This document shows, one piece after another, positions 1 through 12,768 of a stretch of DNA of 20,000 bases. The stretch spans positions 54,842 to 74,841 of the forward strand of contig KZ538484.1 of NCBI GenBank assembly GCA_000934665.2, in the 5' to 3' direction. The notes under the pieces are model-generated. The model saw only the letters and a program-made list of their open reading frames with translations, did no database searches and was not told where the DNA came from. The position numbers and the translations under genes are program-made. Numbering within the stretch: position 1 is the stretch's first letter; the number at the start of each line of letters is the position of its first letter. The DNA is from Catajapyx aquilonaris (lineage: Eukaryota).

Positions 1-153
1 TTTCTTGACCAAAATTTGTAGTAGGAGTGATATTAATGAAAACAATACGCTCCAATATTTATAATTTTAACTCGCGGTGGTCCTTTTGAATGTAAAATGC
101 CGAAAAAATTCATCTACAGGGTGTTCCAGAAAAAAAAATTAAAGTCCAATTAA

Positions 154-1552
154 TCCTTTGTCTCCCCCGCATGATTTGGTTGTATTATAATACAACCAAA
201 CAAAATATATATTTTTTAAATCACTGGTATAACGCCGATGGATATTTCTTTCACCATAGCCTTAGGAAATGTACATAGTTTCTATGTTTATGGGTATTTA
301 CGCTACTCGCATGATAATTTTAATGCCACGACGTCATAGGCCAAAGGTTCCATTCATTGTAAACAGCCAGAAACAAACATTTACTGCACGAATTTAAACA
401 CACGCAGCTCTTGCCACTTATTTCCCTATATATGGACGTCCAGCTGAAAACCATTTTTAAAAATCCCGAAATTTTGCGACTTGCTTTTGGCCGGGAAAAA
501 AATCAGAACGATCTGTGAAGGGTAGGCAATCTCCCCCGGCGCCATTTTGGTCGTCTAGAGTGTCCTCGCTCCTAATTGGCCGGGCGGACTGCTCCGAGCA
601 CTTGACGTTGCCAGCTTGCCACCTGAGCCGCCTTTTTTTTGTGCACCTGGCGGATCACATTACCTCCGTTTAAACCAGACCTTTAAAATGTTTAATGGAC
701 ACTAATGTTTTCATAATTCATCAGAGAGACTGGGCAACCATATAAAATTTTCTTGGATTATTTAGAGGGGTATAAGCCGCCTTTAAAAAAAAACATTAGG
801 TTATGTCAGGAACACAAGCCGCAGCTTTTGACATGAATACGTCTTTAAAATCGGATCAGTATTGGGGGAGTGAATGGATTGCTTATTATCAGTATTGAAG
901 TCTGGACACATGCATGGTGACCCTAAAGTCTGGACACATTCCTCCTAAGAATTTCACTGCATGCCCCCGCCATGGGTCCCCTGGCAGGGTCCTGACTATA
1001 ACACTCACACACCACTTCGGATATAGTAGACTCGGGTATAACAGACTGTAACACTTTTCTGTAACGCTCGAGTGTGCCTCCATGCCCCCTATGCTGATCT
1101 GAATTTAGCCGCTTCGGATATAGTAGACTTGGTTATAATAGACTCGGATATAGTAGACTGTAGCGCTTTTCTGTAACGCTCGAGTTTGCCTCCCCCCTAT
1201 GCGGATCCGAAGTTAGCGCTGCCAGGGGCCTGACTGTAACGCTTTTCTGTAACGCTCGAGTTTGCCTGCATGCCCCCCCTCTATATACGGACCCGATTTT
1301 AAAGACGTATTCACGTCAAAAACCGCGTAGATAACTAAATAGGATGACGTCACCGTCTTGTGCATAATTTATGAAGCGGTTGCTGCCCTCTCTCGATATG
1401 CAGCGTAGGTTGGTATGACTCGCAATGCTCAGCCCCCTCTTGTGCATGAATTGAGAGCGAAACCAATGGTGCCAGATCCAGGGGATTTTCACCTAGGGCA
1501 CTCTTTTTAAACCCCCACCCGAAGAGTGCAAAATCGCGTGGGAGACAAAGGG
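154..1552. mobile_element. Non-autonomous piggyBac-like DNA transposon
   Basis: TTAA at 150-153 and 1553-1556 (TSD). Left terminus TCCTTTGTCTCCC; reverse complement of the right terminus CCCTTTGTCTCCC. No transposase ORF inside. Confidence 0.8.
820..1327. repeat. Internal 43-bp inverted repeat pair enclosing imperfect ~100-bp tandem repeats
   Basis: 820-862 matches the reverse complement of 1285-1327 at 38/43. The motif CTTTTCTGTAACGCTCGAGT(G/T)TGCCT occurs three times and TCGGATATAGTAGACT three times between ~1017 and ~1270. Confidence 0.8.
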
Positions 1553-2243
1553 TTAACTTTAAATGTCATTTATTCATTCCTTGTACATCACTGCTTAATT
1601 CCCATAAAGGGGTGAACAGCTGTCACTAGGTTATACCTGGTCACCTCGTTAAGACCGACAGAGTGACACCTCTGGTGGATGGTCAGGCCACACAGAGTGT
1701 TAATGAAGGTGGTGATGATGAAAACAATAGTATGATCACATATACAAACACAATCATACAGTGTAAAAAGACAACATTGTAAACAATTTGCAAAGAGCTT
1801 GACGCGGTGTTGGGCCACGTCGTCGAATCTGGAACACCCACTCGTGTGACCTCTCAGTTTGACAGCCAGGCACAGAATGGAACGACTGGTTGTTTACGTC
1901 GCCTTCCAACTTGAAATGTAATTTAATTAAATTTTTGAAGTCAATATAAAATTGATGTTATGATTACATAATACTGAAGTACTGTACTAGGAGAAATTCC
2001 TAAAAGTCCAGACTTATGGGACACCCTGTTCTGACGCCTCAGAAATGATAAATTAGCAAATAGGAGCCTTTAGGATTTAAATAGGATTTTAAAGAGGGCA
2101 CGCATATGATATGCCATTATTATTGATACATATGAATAAGCCCATTGTTTTCTGTTAGAGTTAGAGCACTTCATAAAGAGGGACTTGAGAATGGTGCTGC
2201 CAGTATTTATTTGTTGTAATGAAGATATTTTTGCACTTTTCAG

Positions 2244-2407
2244 GGGAGTTTATCCGCAACCTAGTTGCCCTGGACAGCGGAGGTAGTGGAGGAGTTGTGT
2301 GGCGCATACGGGCTAATGAGACAAAATTGGTCTGTGCAGTTGGAAGCCGTAATGGCACTGAAGAGACCAAGCTTCTTGTTCTTGACTTTGATGTTGAGCC
2401 CAAATGA
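2244..2407 (+). CDS. Fbxw7: Terminal coding exon of Fbxw7/archipelago (F-box/WD40 substrate receptor of the SCF E3 ligase), last WD40 repeat
   Basis: Acceptor ttttgcacttttcAG at 2242-2243 (phase 1), then (G)[53 protein letters not shown]. This is nearly identical to the recalled human FBXW7 C-terminus ([54 protein letters not shown]). Stop TGA at 2405-2407. Upstream exons lie outside the window. Confidence 0.96.
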
Positions 2408-4460
2408 GGTGGACTTGATCTCTTCATGGTATCGTTTGGGGTGGATTGGGGGGCACCGACGGTTTGAAGTAATATCTGATTGGAGAGGGCTGCCATTGAC
2501 TCAGGTAAACATTTCTGTCACTTTTTTTTCCCCCAATGAGGAAATGGAGCAGGACAGAAATAGGGCATTGGTGTTGATAATTAGGAGTTGGGCATTTTGG
2601 TTGAATAGCTTATTTGGAAAGGGGGGGGATATAGCCCTGGAAATGTTTTGGCTCCCACATTTAAGAATCTCAATGTTAATAATTTTCTGTTATGTATATA
2701 AATGAAGAACAGTTTCAGTGAGACAGGATAAAGTGCTGAAATTAGGATCCTTCTTATCAATCAGCCTCTAACTATAATCATTCCACATTGACAGAATTGT
2801 TTGAAATTTTATTTGTTCAGTGTAATTTTGTTTATTCTTTGTTCTAAATAATACTCCATAATAATCTTTATTTTACATCCATGCATTTGTCCTTCTTGCT
2901 CCTAGAAGTTTAATGACATGATGCATTTGGTTACACCTGCAAATGAAGTGGGGTTTTTAATGTGCACATTTGTGAGATTGGTTGACTGAGTGGAAAGAAG
3001 CCAACATTTTTGACAACTGCAGCACAATTTCTTCACATTGGTGTTATTTTTTCAGTGACGATAAATTTTTGCCTTGCTGTGTAATGTATGTATTGACAGC
3101 TTGAAAAATGATGCTGCTCTGTCAAGCAACTGTGTCAACAGAGAGAAATCCTGCATTCCACTCATCTTGGTCATTTTTAAATGATCATCTCAACGGCCCA
3201 AGAGTGACATTTCCAAAGCACAGATGTTAGAAACAATATATTTTTAATGAACCTCTTATGCCATAACACAGCAAAGAGAGAAACTAGAGATGATTAGTGG
3301 GAAAAAGAAACTGAAGTGGGCCAAAATTTACCAGGGCAAGTAATTTTATTCCCTGAATGTTTTAGCTTCTTTGGGTTGTCCTTTCTCATGTCATGCCCAA
3401 TTTTGTGCACCAGGACCCAGATGTTTTAGCCAGTAATATTTTTTCCCCAGCTTATGTTAATTGTTGCATGAGAATGGAGAGAAATGAGTGCCAGTATTGA
3501 AAAGAGGCTTCATATTTTATTTAGTTGGAAGCAATTCCGTTGTTGATTTTCTCTGGGAAGGATTTCAGGCTGGTTGTGGTTGCATTTTTTAAGGTGATGT
3601 AAGTATCAATGTTTTATGTAAAAATTAACATATTGTTGCATTCACAACTTCCCCATGATTTGGTATTTTAAAAGACCATTGTAAGTGGGAAAACTTGTCG
3701 AGTCAGTGCAGATGGAAACAAACATTGCCCAGTTGCCAAACTTCAGCTCTCATTGTTGCACTGTTTTACAGTGTGATGAATTAATTTATTATTGTGCTAA
3801 TTGATTGTTCCAAGGAGAAACTCACTTCAGGTGAAGTAGAACAACTACCCAAGTGGGTTGAGACGTCAAATGTAATACAAGGACTCTTGGGACTGCATCA
3901 TACCTGTGACGTACATGTCAAGAGTTAAAATATAAATATATAATTATGTATATTTGTAAAAAACAAAGGAAACAACAAGAAAAAGACTGTTGCTTTGATA
4001 GCAGATATATTTCTTTCTACTTAAGTTTTTCCCCTTTTGGTAAATATGATCAGCAATTTGTTACAAGCTCTTCTTCCTTCACCTTTTTAAAGAAGGAGTG
4101 GATTGAGTAATGAGCACCTTGATTTTAAAACCAAACCATTTAGAAAGCATGATTATAATTTTTTGCCATGATGAAAACAGTGATGAATAATGAGTCATTC
4201 CACCATAGGCGAGTGTTGCATCTCGTGACATGGTTTGTTTTTAAAATCAATGCATTTATTACTTTCAGGGATCTCAATGCATGATCCTATGCTCCTGAGT
4301 GACTTGGCCTTCCATCATTTTTGGGGGTATGCGCCAAACAAGCACTGTTTGTTGCTCAAATGAGAGGAAGTAAAACGTGACCTTTGTTTTTCTTGTATTG
4401 CGTTGACTGTGAAGAATTCTACAGGAAATTAAACATTTGTAACAAATGATTTTCCTGTGC
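2408..4460 (+). other. Fbxw7: Putative Fbxw7 3' UTR (end uncertain)
   Basis: T-rich stretch with no evident transposon after the stop codon. Candidate polyA signal ATTAAA at 4428-4433 with a TG-rich tract (ttgtgtgttt) downstream. The 3' boundary is an inference. Confidence 0.35.
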
Positions 4461-5894
4461 TTATTCATCACCTTGTGTGTTTCTCCCCTATTCTTAGTCA
4501 TTGTCAGAGCTTTTTCGAAAAAGGAGAAAACCAGGACATTAGGGTACTTGGCATGCAATGTCACTTTCTTTTGTGAATTTCTTTCATCATAGGTGGTGTG
4601 ATCTTTTCTCTTAGCAGGTGAAATATTGCACATGTCCAAGGAAAAGACCCACCTGAGTATTTGAACCTTGAGAATCTCGAAAGAGATCCTTGGAGAGGCA
4701 GAATAGAATGGAACTGTTTTAGGTTGTCTTTCCCTTCTACACATGCACAACACAAGCACCTATGATTTGGAGTATGTTCCGAAGTTGCTTGACTAGATTG
4801 TCATCTAAGGCAGAGAAACACCTAGTATTTGAATTACATTAATTAATATTACTTGCCATGTGAATATGCTTTTGTATGACCTTCCACCTTCATTTGGGAA
4901 AGCTCCGTAATATGAACAGTCGAAGGAGGTGAACATGATAGGATAGCACTGATTCAAATCTACAAAATTCGGCTATGTTCTTCAAACAAGTATCTAATTT
5001 GGTGTTCAATTTATGTAATCACCGACTATGATACAGTGGCCTGCTGGGACTTTGGTGCAAAATATATGACTAGAAATTATAATATTAGGCTACCAAGATA
5101 TTCTGTACCCCAATATATTGACTTAATCTCAATATAAGGTTACCAATGCAATGGGAAGAAGAGAAGTGTGTCATAGGTCTCTGCTATGTGCTAGGTTCCC
5201 CTACATAGTGACAACAATACTGACTCCAGTTTTTTCTCATATCTGTTTATTTTTTCATTTATGTCATTGTCAATTCACTAAAAAAAATCTTGAAACATGT
5301 GAACAATGAATTAGTGGCCACAAATACTATCGTTTCAGTAATGCACTTCCACAATCCTGCACATCGTGACAAGTCCAGGGGCAGAGGTAAATGGCAAAGT
5401 GGGTTTTAGTGGTAACCGCACACCAGCAGCAGGATTGTGCTGCTGTTGTGCCAAGGGACAAGAAGGCAGCACAGGCATGTCCAGCTTCACAATATGTAGG
5501 CTTGTCATGAAGTAAGGCTTATTGATACACATTGGTAGAGGGTAGTTTTGTGAGCCTGATGGTGAAGTTTCAGTTGTGATAAAATCACAAATATTAATGT
5601 CAATGACAACTGTAAGTCTCGTCAATCTTTCCTGGAATGAAGTAAAATTATGCGCTCTCACTGTAAAGGGGGGGGAAGGAAAGAATAGTTTGACTCCATT
5701 TTAGTAGTATTTTTTCTTCTTCTAAAGATGGTGCTAAAAAGGAAAGGGACACATGCGAGAGGAACTGATGGTTTCAAGGGGATGGGGAAGCGATGCTTGG
5801 TCAAGATTTGGGACAAGGTGCATTGCCTAGCATGCCTGCTCTAACTTTGTGTGTTGCTCTCAAATTCTAATCAATCTGTGAAAATTCTTCATGG

Positions 5895-6101
5895 TTTTTT
5901 GGGGAGGGAACATAGGTGCAAGTGCAATGTCTACAAATGGGTCATGTGCTGTTCCCCAGGAGGTTAGGTTGCCAGACACCTTGGTGCAGGTGAGAGACCC
6001 TCCTGACGCAGGTGAAAGGAAAGTTCCCCAGGCGGGGATCGAACCTGGGGCCTTTCACTCAGCAAGCCGTGACGTTACCATCACGGCCACCACACCTCCC
6101 C
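5895..6101 (-). mobile_element. tRNA-derived SINE, copy 1
   Basis: On the minus strand: GGGAGGTGTGGTGGCCGTGATGGTAA (A box) ... GGTTCGATCCC (B box), then a body and a C-rich/A6 tail. Aligns along its length to 13458-13641. Confidence 0.88.
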
Positions 6102-6469
6102 GCGACTACTCTTTTTAAACTGATGTAAGAACAAATCTTTGCTGTAAATGAAATATTCACAAATGCCATCTGGAAATGCAGATGATTGAGAACAGGGTTT
6201 AACTTATGGTATATTGTCACTGGCAATAAGTAGAGCAATCACAGGGATTGCACTACTTTGCACAGCATATTTCATTGCAGTTTGGAACTCACTGTCAGAT
6301 TGCGAAGTTTTCATATTTATACTATCCCAGGTGCTTGTACAGTGTACTGTACCTACTGTAGTGAAGAAAAGGACCAAAACCAACTATCTTTTCTCATAAT
6401 ATTATGCCAATGCTTCTGTCTTTGCCTACATTATTATGAAGTTATCCTGGGCAACACTGTGTCCTCTAG

Positions 6470-6559
6470 TATAATTGAATCGGTCATTGTGAAAAGGTGT
6501 CATATCCTCGGGAAATGCGCTGGAGATGACCCCTTTTCCAAATGACCGATTCAATTATA
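6470..6559. repeat. 90-nt hairpin (34-bp arms, 22-nt loop); tiny TA-flanked MITE-like element
   Basis: 6470-6503 matches the reverse complement of 6526-6559 at 31/34. Begins and ends with TA. Confidence 0.8.
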
Positions 6560-7522
6560 TCTTTATCCAGCTGAGGAGCATTGTAAATAGGATTGTAATT
6601 TATTTGTTCGCCACCTACATGGGTTACTCAATGTAGCCAGTTCAGGGAAGTTCTCCATGTCAATTGTGTACCCATTGTAATTGTTGACTCTCGGTATTTC
6701 GCAAATTGGCTGAAACTTGATATGCATGGCATAGGTGTGTACAGCTGCCATTTCTTGCAGCAAAATCCGAGATGGTCTAGCAACATTTAGGCCCACTTGA
6801 TTGGGAAAACCCCCTATATTTGAGGACTTTGGTTTTTTGACTGCCCCGAGGTCAAAAACAAATCAGAGACAAAATGAATGATCATTATGAGTTACGAATG
6901 ACCTAAGGAACATGGAAATAGCGATGAATTTCCATTGACCCCCCAAAAAAATGTTAATTTTTGTTGCATAGTGTTATAGCAATAATTTCAAACTTCAAAG
7001 TATATGCTTATTCCATACATATCACCTACAAAACATGTAATAAATAACGAAATAATTTTGTAATGTCTTACCCTACCTTGCACCATAACGATCTGGACAA
7101 TAGATCGGCATTTTTGGTGACTCCGGTGATGTCATTTTTTAAATGCGATGCAAGGTGGGGTGATTTTGCGCGCCAACCACAGTGAGAATCTCGATAGGAT
7201 TCCCACAGATAGTACCCTTGCAGATACCACTCTTATTGGCTAAGGATTCTCTGTTCACCAATTCATTCAGTAATGGCTAAAGTGGACATAACTGGGGTAG
7301 GGCTAGTGGTCATAACCGGTACAACCACACTATATACTGTATACCCAATACAATTATATCAGCGGTATACGTCCTTTTTGGAGATTTGTAAATGCCACTA
7401 CCACCTTTAGAACTTCGCGCCTAAATCATCCGGGCACCTGTTCGCCATCTGCCTGAACCTGAACACGATGCAGCCCAAGATGCAGCCAGATCAGGTATGT
7501 TCCCCTGATCCCCCTGATCGTA

Positions 7523-7598
7523 GAGCGGGCAGCCACGCGTCAGGATGAAAGCAACCAGTTAACTGGTTCTTTTCATCCTGACGCGTGGCTGCCCGCTC
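7523..7598. repeat. Near-perfect 76-bp loopless palindrome centred on GTTAAC
   Basis: 7523-7560 matches the reverse complement of 7561-7598 at 36/38. Confidence 0.92.
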
Positions 7599-7779
7599 GA
7601 CGCGAGGGACAATTCTTTTTGGACTGATGATACCAGGGTGGTAGCAGGTATGCCCTGGTATGCCTATATGGCTATATTCCCATTAATTATCATTATTATT
7701 GAATATCTTGATGTACCACTGGAGTGATATTACTGGTTGGTTAAAAAGACCAGTTTTTCTGTATAACATGCTTCTGTGA

Positions 7780-8350
7780 CAATTTTTCTCTGCACAGGTA
7801 GTTGGCGACGCCTTCAATTTATTGGCAACCATGTTTATAGTTCTCTTTTTCTTCTTTTTTTCTTGTTTTTGTGTGTGGGTGGGTGTGTCTGAGAAGGCGA
7901 ACGTCCGTGTGTTGTCGGAGATCGCCGTGAAATCCAAGTCCATCGGCTATGATGCCCCCAAGCAAGGTTAGTCTCTTGCTCATCCGGTACCGCTTAAGGG
8001 TCGTGCTCCTCGAAGAGGCTGCAGTTGCTGGTATTCTCTGCGTTTCGGGGGCACGGATGCGAAAGTTTCTCGTTCTGCCTAGTAAATTGGTTGTGGGGAC
8101 AAAATGGCCATGCCCGAGGCCGAGGGGCGGGTTGGTTGTCCACTCATGACACTGAGCCGAAATTATAATCCTCCAGGAAAAGGTCTTCTGTGCATTACCG
8201 TATATATTATCATAGTGTGGAGATAGCCTTAAGCTGGAGCTGCATCGTTTCGTCGTGGTTGATTACGAATGAAAACTTGGACGTCACTCTTCGGCCAATA
8301 TATTCTTGCAAATAATAAACGCCTCTGAACCAATCGAGGTTCCGCAATGG
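7780..8350 (+). promoter_or_regulatory. Probable promoter / 5' region of the Fbxw7-like paralog
   Basis: Locally CpG/GC-richer than the flanks and surrounds the ATG exon. Contains TTGGCGAC/TTGGCAAC motifs (~7800-7830) and GACGTCA plus CCAAT (~8280-8300). The TSS cannot be determined from sequence. Confidence 0.35.
7949..7966 (+). CDS. Putative first coding exon (MMPPSK) of the second, Fbxw7-like gene
   Basis: ATG ATG CCC CCA AGC AAG followed by a strong donor AAG|GTTAGT. Phase 0, compatible with the exon at 11260. Lies in a CpG-richer, promoter-like region. Too short for homology support. Confidence 0.55.
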
Positions 8351-8844
8351 AAATTTTCTATGATGGGGTGAGAAAATTCTCATCTCAATATTATTATATT
8401 ATTTCCTGGGATTTTCCATAGAAAAAGCGACAAAATCGATCATCTTTCTCTGGGACACATTGCCTCCCACTGGTATTATTCAAATCATGCAGCCATGTCA
8501 AGGCTTCCATTAGGTAGTGATTGTTAAAAGTGGTTTCTTCAAGCTCTCTTCAATCTTTCCTCCTCCAATGAAATGATTTTTGTGGAAGGCAACACTTTGG
8601 TGAATATAAACCTGAAAGCAAGAGGCAGGGCTGGTGTTAGGGTAGTGCAGGGCCTTCATTAACAATAAGTAGCAGTTGTTAAAGAAGGTCCTGTGACTGT
8701 ATCCCACCCTAGAGCTTATCTATCTGTCTATCTAAAACTATCTAAGGCTCATCATTGATGTATTCTTGTGGGTTGTGGTAAGCTGTCTGATAGTCATATT
8801 AGGCCTTGCTCACCATTGTACAAGTAACATTGTAATGGAGAATT

Positions 8845-9347
<503 letters not shown>

Positions 9348-11259
9348 CCCCTTTATTGAGGAAGCTCTGTGATGGATTAGACAACTAGTACTGAAGGGTG
9401 TTCAAATAATATAAGTTGAGGACAGGAGGACACAATAATGTTATTATATATATATAGGTTTTACGAACAATTGGCATCACGAAAAAGTCAGTTTGAGCAG
9501 GCCTACAACATTGGTATATTCTTGATGATTACGATTATTGAACAAAATTTTTTTTTGCTGCCTTTCGAATTATATATGGTAAATAATTTTTGAAGTCCAC
9601 TTTTGACAGCTGATTTTCATCACTCCCCTTTTGAAAAACCAGTAGAAGAGCATGTGCAGGCTGAAAATATATTGTGCATTTTGGTGTCTCTGCTAGGTAT
9701 AGGATGCAATAATATACAGTAGGCTAATGGTGTAATGAAAATGGAAAATGAACTTGATACCATAAATAGAGGGCATCATACTGAATCAAAAAGTCCAGTT
9801 GCCTATAAGCTAACACACTTTGCCTGATTTTGGCGGTATTTATGCAATTTATTCGAGTTTTAGTGACCAATAGGCAACTCAATCAATCGTAATCTGCCAC
9901 TGCACAGCACGTGAATTTCAACAATCATATTAAGAAAATGTGACACTTTCCCCCTTCTGAAACTCCAGGTAGAGGAGTTCATTCTAAATTGAAAAATCCT
10001 CCCGCACTTTGTTGCCATTTATGGCCAACATGCTACAGCACTGCAAAGTTAAGGGGGAGGATTCTAAATAGCTGATTTTAGTAAGCAAAGTGATGTCCAG
10101 CAAAGATTTGTAAATGCCTTGCTGGCTGATGTTTACACATGGTTATATAGTGGGAACCCTATATGTACGGATGTAGATCAGAATGTATACGTTTTCTTGT
10201 TTAGTAGGTATAATGACAAAAAATGCAATACATAATAGTTATTTTGAACATATAATCCCACGAGGGTGATTCAATTAGCAATTCAAATGGACAAGATTCA
10301 TAGAGCCATTACTTGTTTCATTCCTAATTATGTCATTTAATCTTCAATTGAAAGTGCCACTGAATATTATGATCCTCTTTATTTTTACAAATAGGGCATG
10401 CTGGTGACAAGTAAGTAGGTGTCAAACTTGGCCAGTGAGGCATTTCTCCATGTTTGCTGGACATGTTTGAACAACTCACTGCCTTCCAACTGAAGGCTTA
10501 TGACAAAATGTCTGAGGACTTTTCGATCATGCGGCCAGCTGGTATCATATTTTCCAGATGCTATGTAGATCTTACCTGATATTAGATGTGACCTGTAGTA
10601 TTTATGTAGCCTACTGTATAGAGTATAGCAAAAATCTTTTACATTCCAAAGCTTTTCCTCACTATGAATCAGTAAGGGGCATCTCCACATTGGACCATTA
10701 AATGGCTATACTGTAATTATACACCTTCTAATTCAGTAAATCACCTTTTGTCCATACATGGCATACCAATGCATTTGGGAAGTCTAAATTTTGTATTAAT
10801 TATTCAAATGGGTATTTATCCCTTTGTGTAGAATGCTGACCAGCTCAATATCAGGCACTGTGTGTTGGGGGCTAGCAGCAAGAACCAACTCACTTGTCAG
10901 CTGAATGCCTTCAATGTTAGACTTGGCCACTGGACAGAAAACCAACTTGGCCAAGTTGCTCCCAGGGGAAGAAAGCAAAAATTAATACGAAAATAATATA
11001 ATATGTCATTGTATTACCCAAAACTTCTCAGAAAAACTCACTTTAATATAACTTATTCATATTGTGAACATTTGGTATGTGTTACAGGATTACATTAATG
11101 AGACCTGCCAATGTCCCTCATGTTAACTGGGATTCATATTTGATGTGACTGACTTGCTAGTGTGTGAATCAACAAGTTTACAAGAACCACTGCATGTGAT
11201 TATTGCTTTTTCTAAAAATGTTCAATGCCTTATCACACTCATTGCTGTCTAATTTTCAG

Positions 11260-11315
11260 ACGGACACACCTGATCTACCGCACCCGATGAAGGAGTCAGA
11301 CACAGATGGGAAGAG
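11260..11315 (+). CDS. Putative coding exon 2 of the Fbxw7-like paralog (TDTPDLPHPMKESDTDGK(S))
   Basis: Acceptor ctaattttcAG, donor AG|GTAAAT. The 56-nt exon is open, starts in phase 0 and ends in phase 2, matching the phase-2 start of the exon at 14410. Confidence 0.6.
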
Positions 11316-12768
11316 GTAAATTTTTATAAATCATTGTAATCTGCAATTGCAAGTGAGAGAGAAGAGGATGAATTTGTAGCGCCTCGCACTCTGGCACGTA
11401 GTGAATTTTTTGGAAAGTAAGTGATTAAGCAAAAGAAATTGCCTTTTTAACTATCAATAGTTCCAACATTTTTGCGGCGGGCTATGACTTTTCAAGTGAC
11501 TTATTTATGATCCTTTAATAATTGTAATTAAGACAGAACCAAAACCTAGTTATCTCCTCTATTTGAGGTAGAAAAAGGAGGTAGGAAAAAGAGATGATGG
11601 AAGAGGAGGCAAGAGTGAAGACGATGTACTGTATTGGTAAATTGCAAATGAATGCGGGAATTTATGGGCTGCCTGGCCTAAAACTGGGTCAGGCCAGAAA
11701 TTTTCGAGAAATATGTAACTTAGTTATTGTGCTGGAAGTAATGCACAGGCTCTGACATTGAATTCAACTAATATTTTGCGCTGCAAATAGACAAGATACC
11801 TGGATTTTTCTTCTCTTAATTACAATTGAACGAGCATAAATTAAAATAACACGATTATAAAGCCAGAGGCCGAAGAGAAAACGTTGGAACCATCGATGGT
11901 TTAAAATGCAATTTTCTTGATTGAACATTTACTTCCCCAAAAATTCTCAATTAGGATTCATCTATCAGGGCCATCAATAATAATTGACACTTATTTGCTC
12001 TCCAATAAAAGTAGCGAATTATAGAAAATGTGGTCATTCTTAGATCATTGTTACATGTATTTAAACAAACTCATCAATGACACTCTGCATGAATATTTTG
12101 GATTTTTCATTTGTGAGATATTTGCGGTCAAACACCAGGGCCATTTAAAAAAATTTAATAGAGTGTAGGAGGCAGATTCAGCGGCTGCTTTAGCGAAAAT
12201 CAAGGACACAAACAGCCTGAGTGGGGCCCCTACAAATCGAGGCCGAGAGAGGGGGGGAGGGATGAGTCTTTGACTCGGAGGACTAGCCATTGTTCATATA
12301 GTGCCACAATAACAATTGAGGCGTCGGCGGCAAAATCCCCATATGTCCAAAATATTCATTTTCGGGATAAAATAACAGCTGGACAGTGCAGCCATCTAGC
12401 TACTGGAACATGCAATTGTCAACCGGAAAAACCCCATGCAACGCCTAAAAATAAATGCTGAAAATAGAGAGTTTCCGTAAAAACCCCTTATGTATCCAAG
12501 AAGTTTTTCTCAAAACTACCTCGATGTGACTAATGGGTATTTTTACAGCCGACGCCTCAATTCCACATTATGCAGAAGCATACACCATTATCAGATACCT
12601 TTGTTGCCTGTAAATAAAGTGCATACCGTGTTTGGACAGATGCCAATTTATGCCATACAGAAACTGTATAATTTTTTTGTGGTTGTGGTGCGATACTTGA
12701 AATTTTGTGATATAACGTTGTAACTCAGCGGAAAGAAAATTAATGTAAAATGTACTTAACAGAGGTCA

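Larger units (their letters stand above)
117..1839. mobile_element. Possible older Tc1/mariner-type MITE interrupted by the piggyBac-like element
   Basis: TA|CAGGGTGTTCCAGA at 115-130 with an exact 12-bp inverted partner TCTGGAACACCC at 1828-1839. An alternative right end (GGGACACCCTG) ends at 2028. No right-hand TA TSD is seen. Confidence 0.4.

Noticed and set aside
1017..1270. Repeat units superficially resembling a CRISPR array
   Set aside because: Eukaryotic context, and the sequence between repeats is itself repeated rather than unique.
2161..2705. Overlapping ORFs 2265-2705 (+) and 2161-2496 (-), and the Met at 2219
   Set aside because: Shadow frames of the Fbxw7 exon. The ATG at 2219 is intronic, upstream of the splice acceptor.
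2417..3498. bantam-type (TGATCTC, 2417) and miR-8-type (CAGTATT, 3492) seed matches in the UTR
   Set aside because: Single 7-mers are expected by chance, and no conservation data are available.
4274..4759. 161-aa minus-strand ORF
   Set aside because: No recognisable domain, non-ATG start and no clear splice context.
8459..8510. LPPTGIIQIMQPC resembling a pogo-type LPPxTTxxxQPxD motif
   Set aside because: Wrong spacing, missing Asp and no other transposase motifs.
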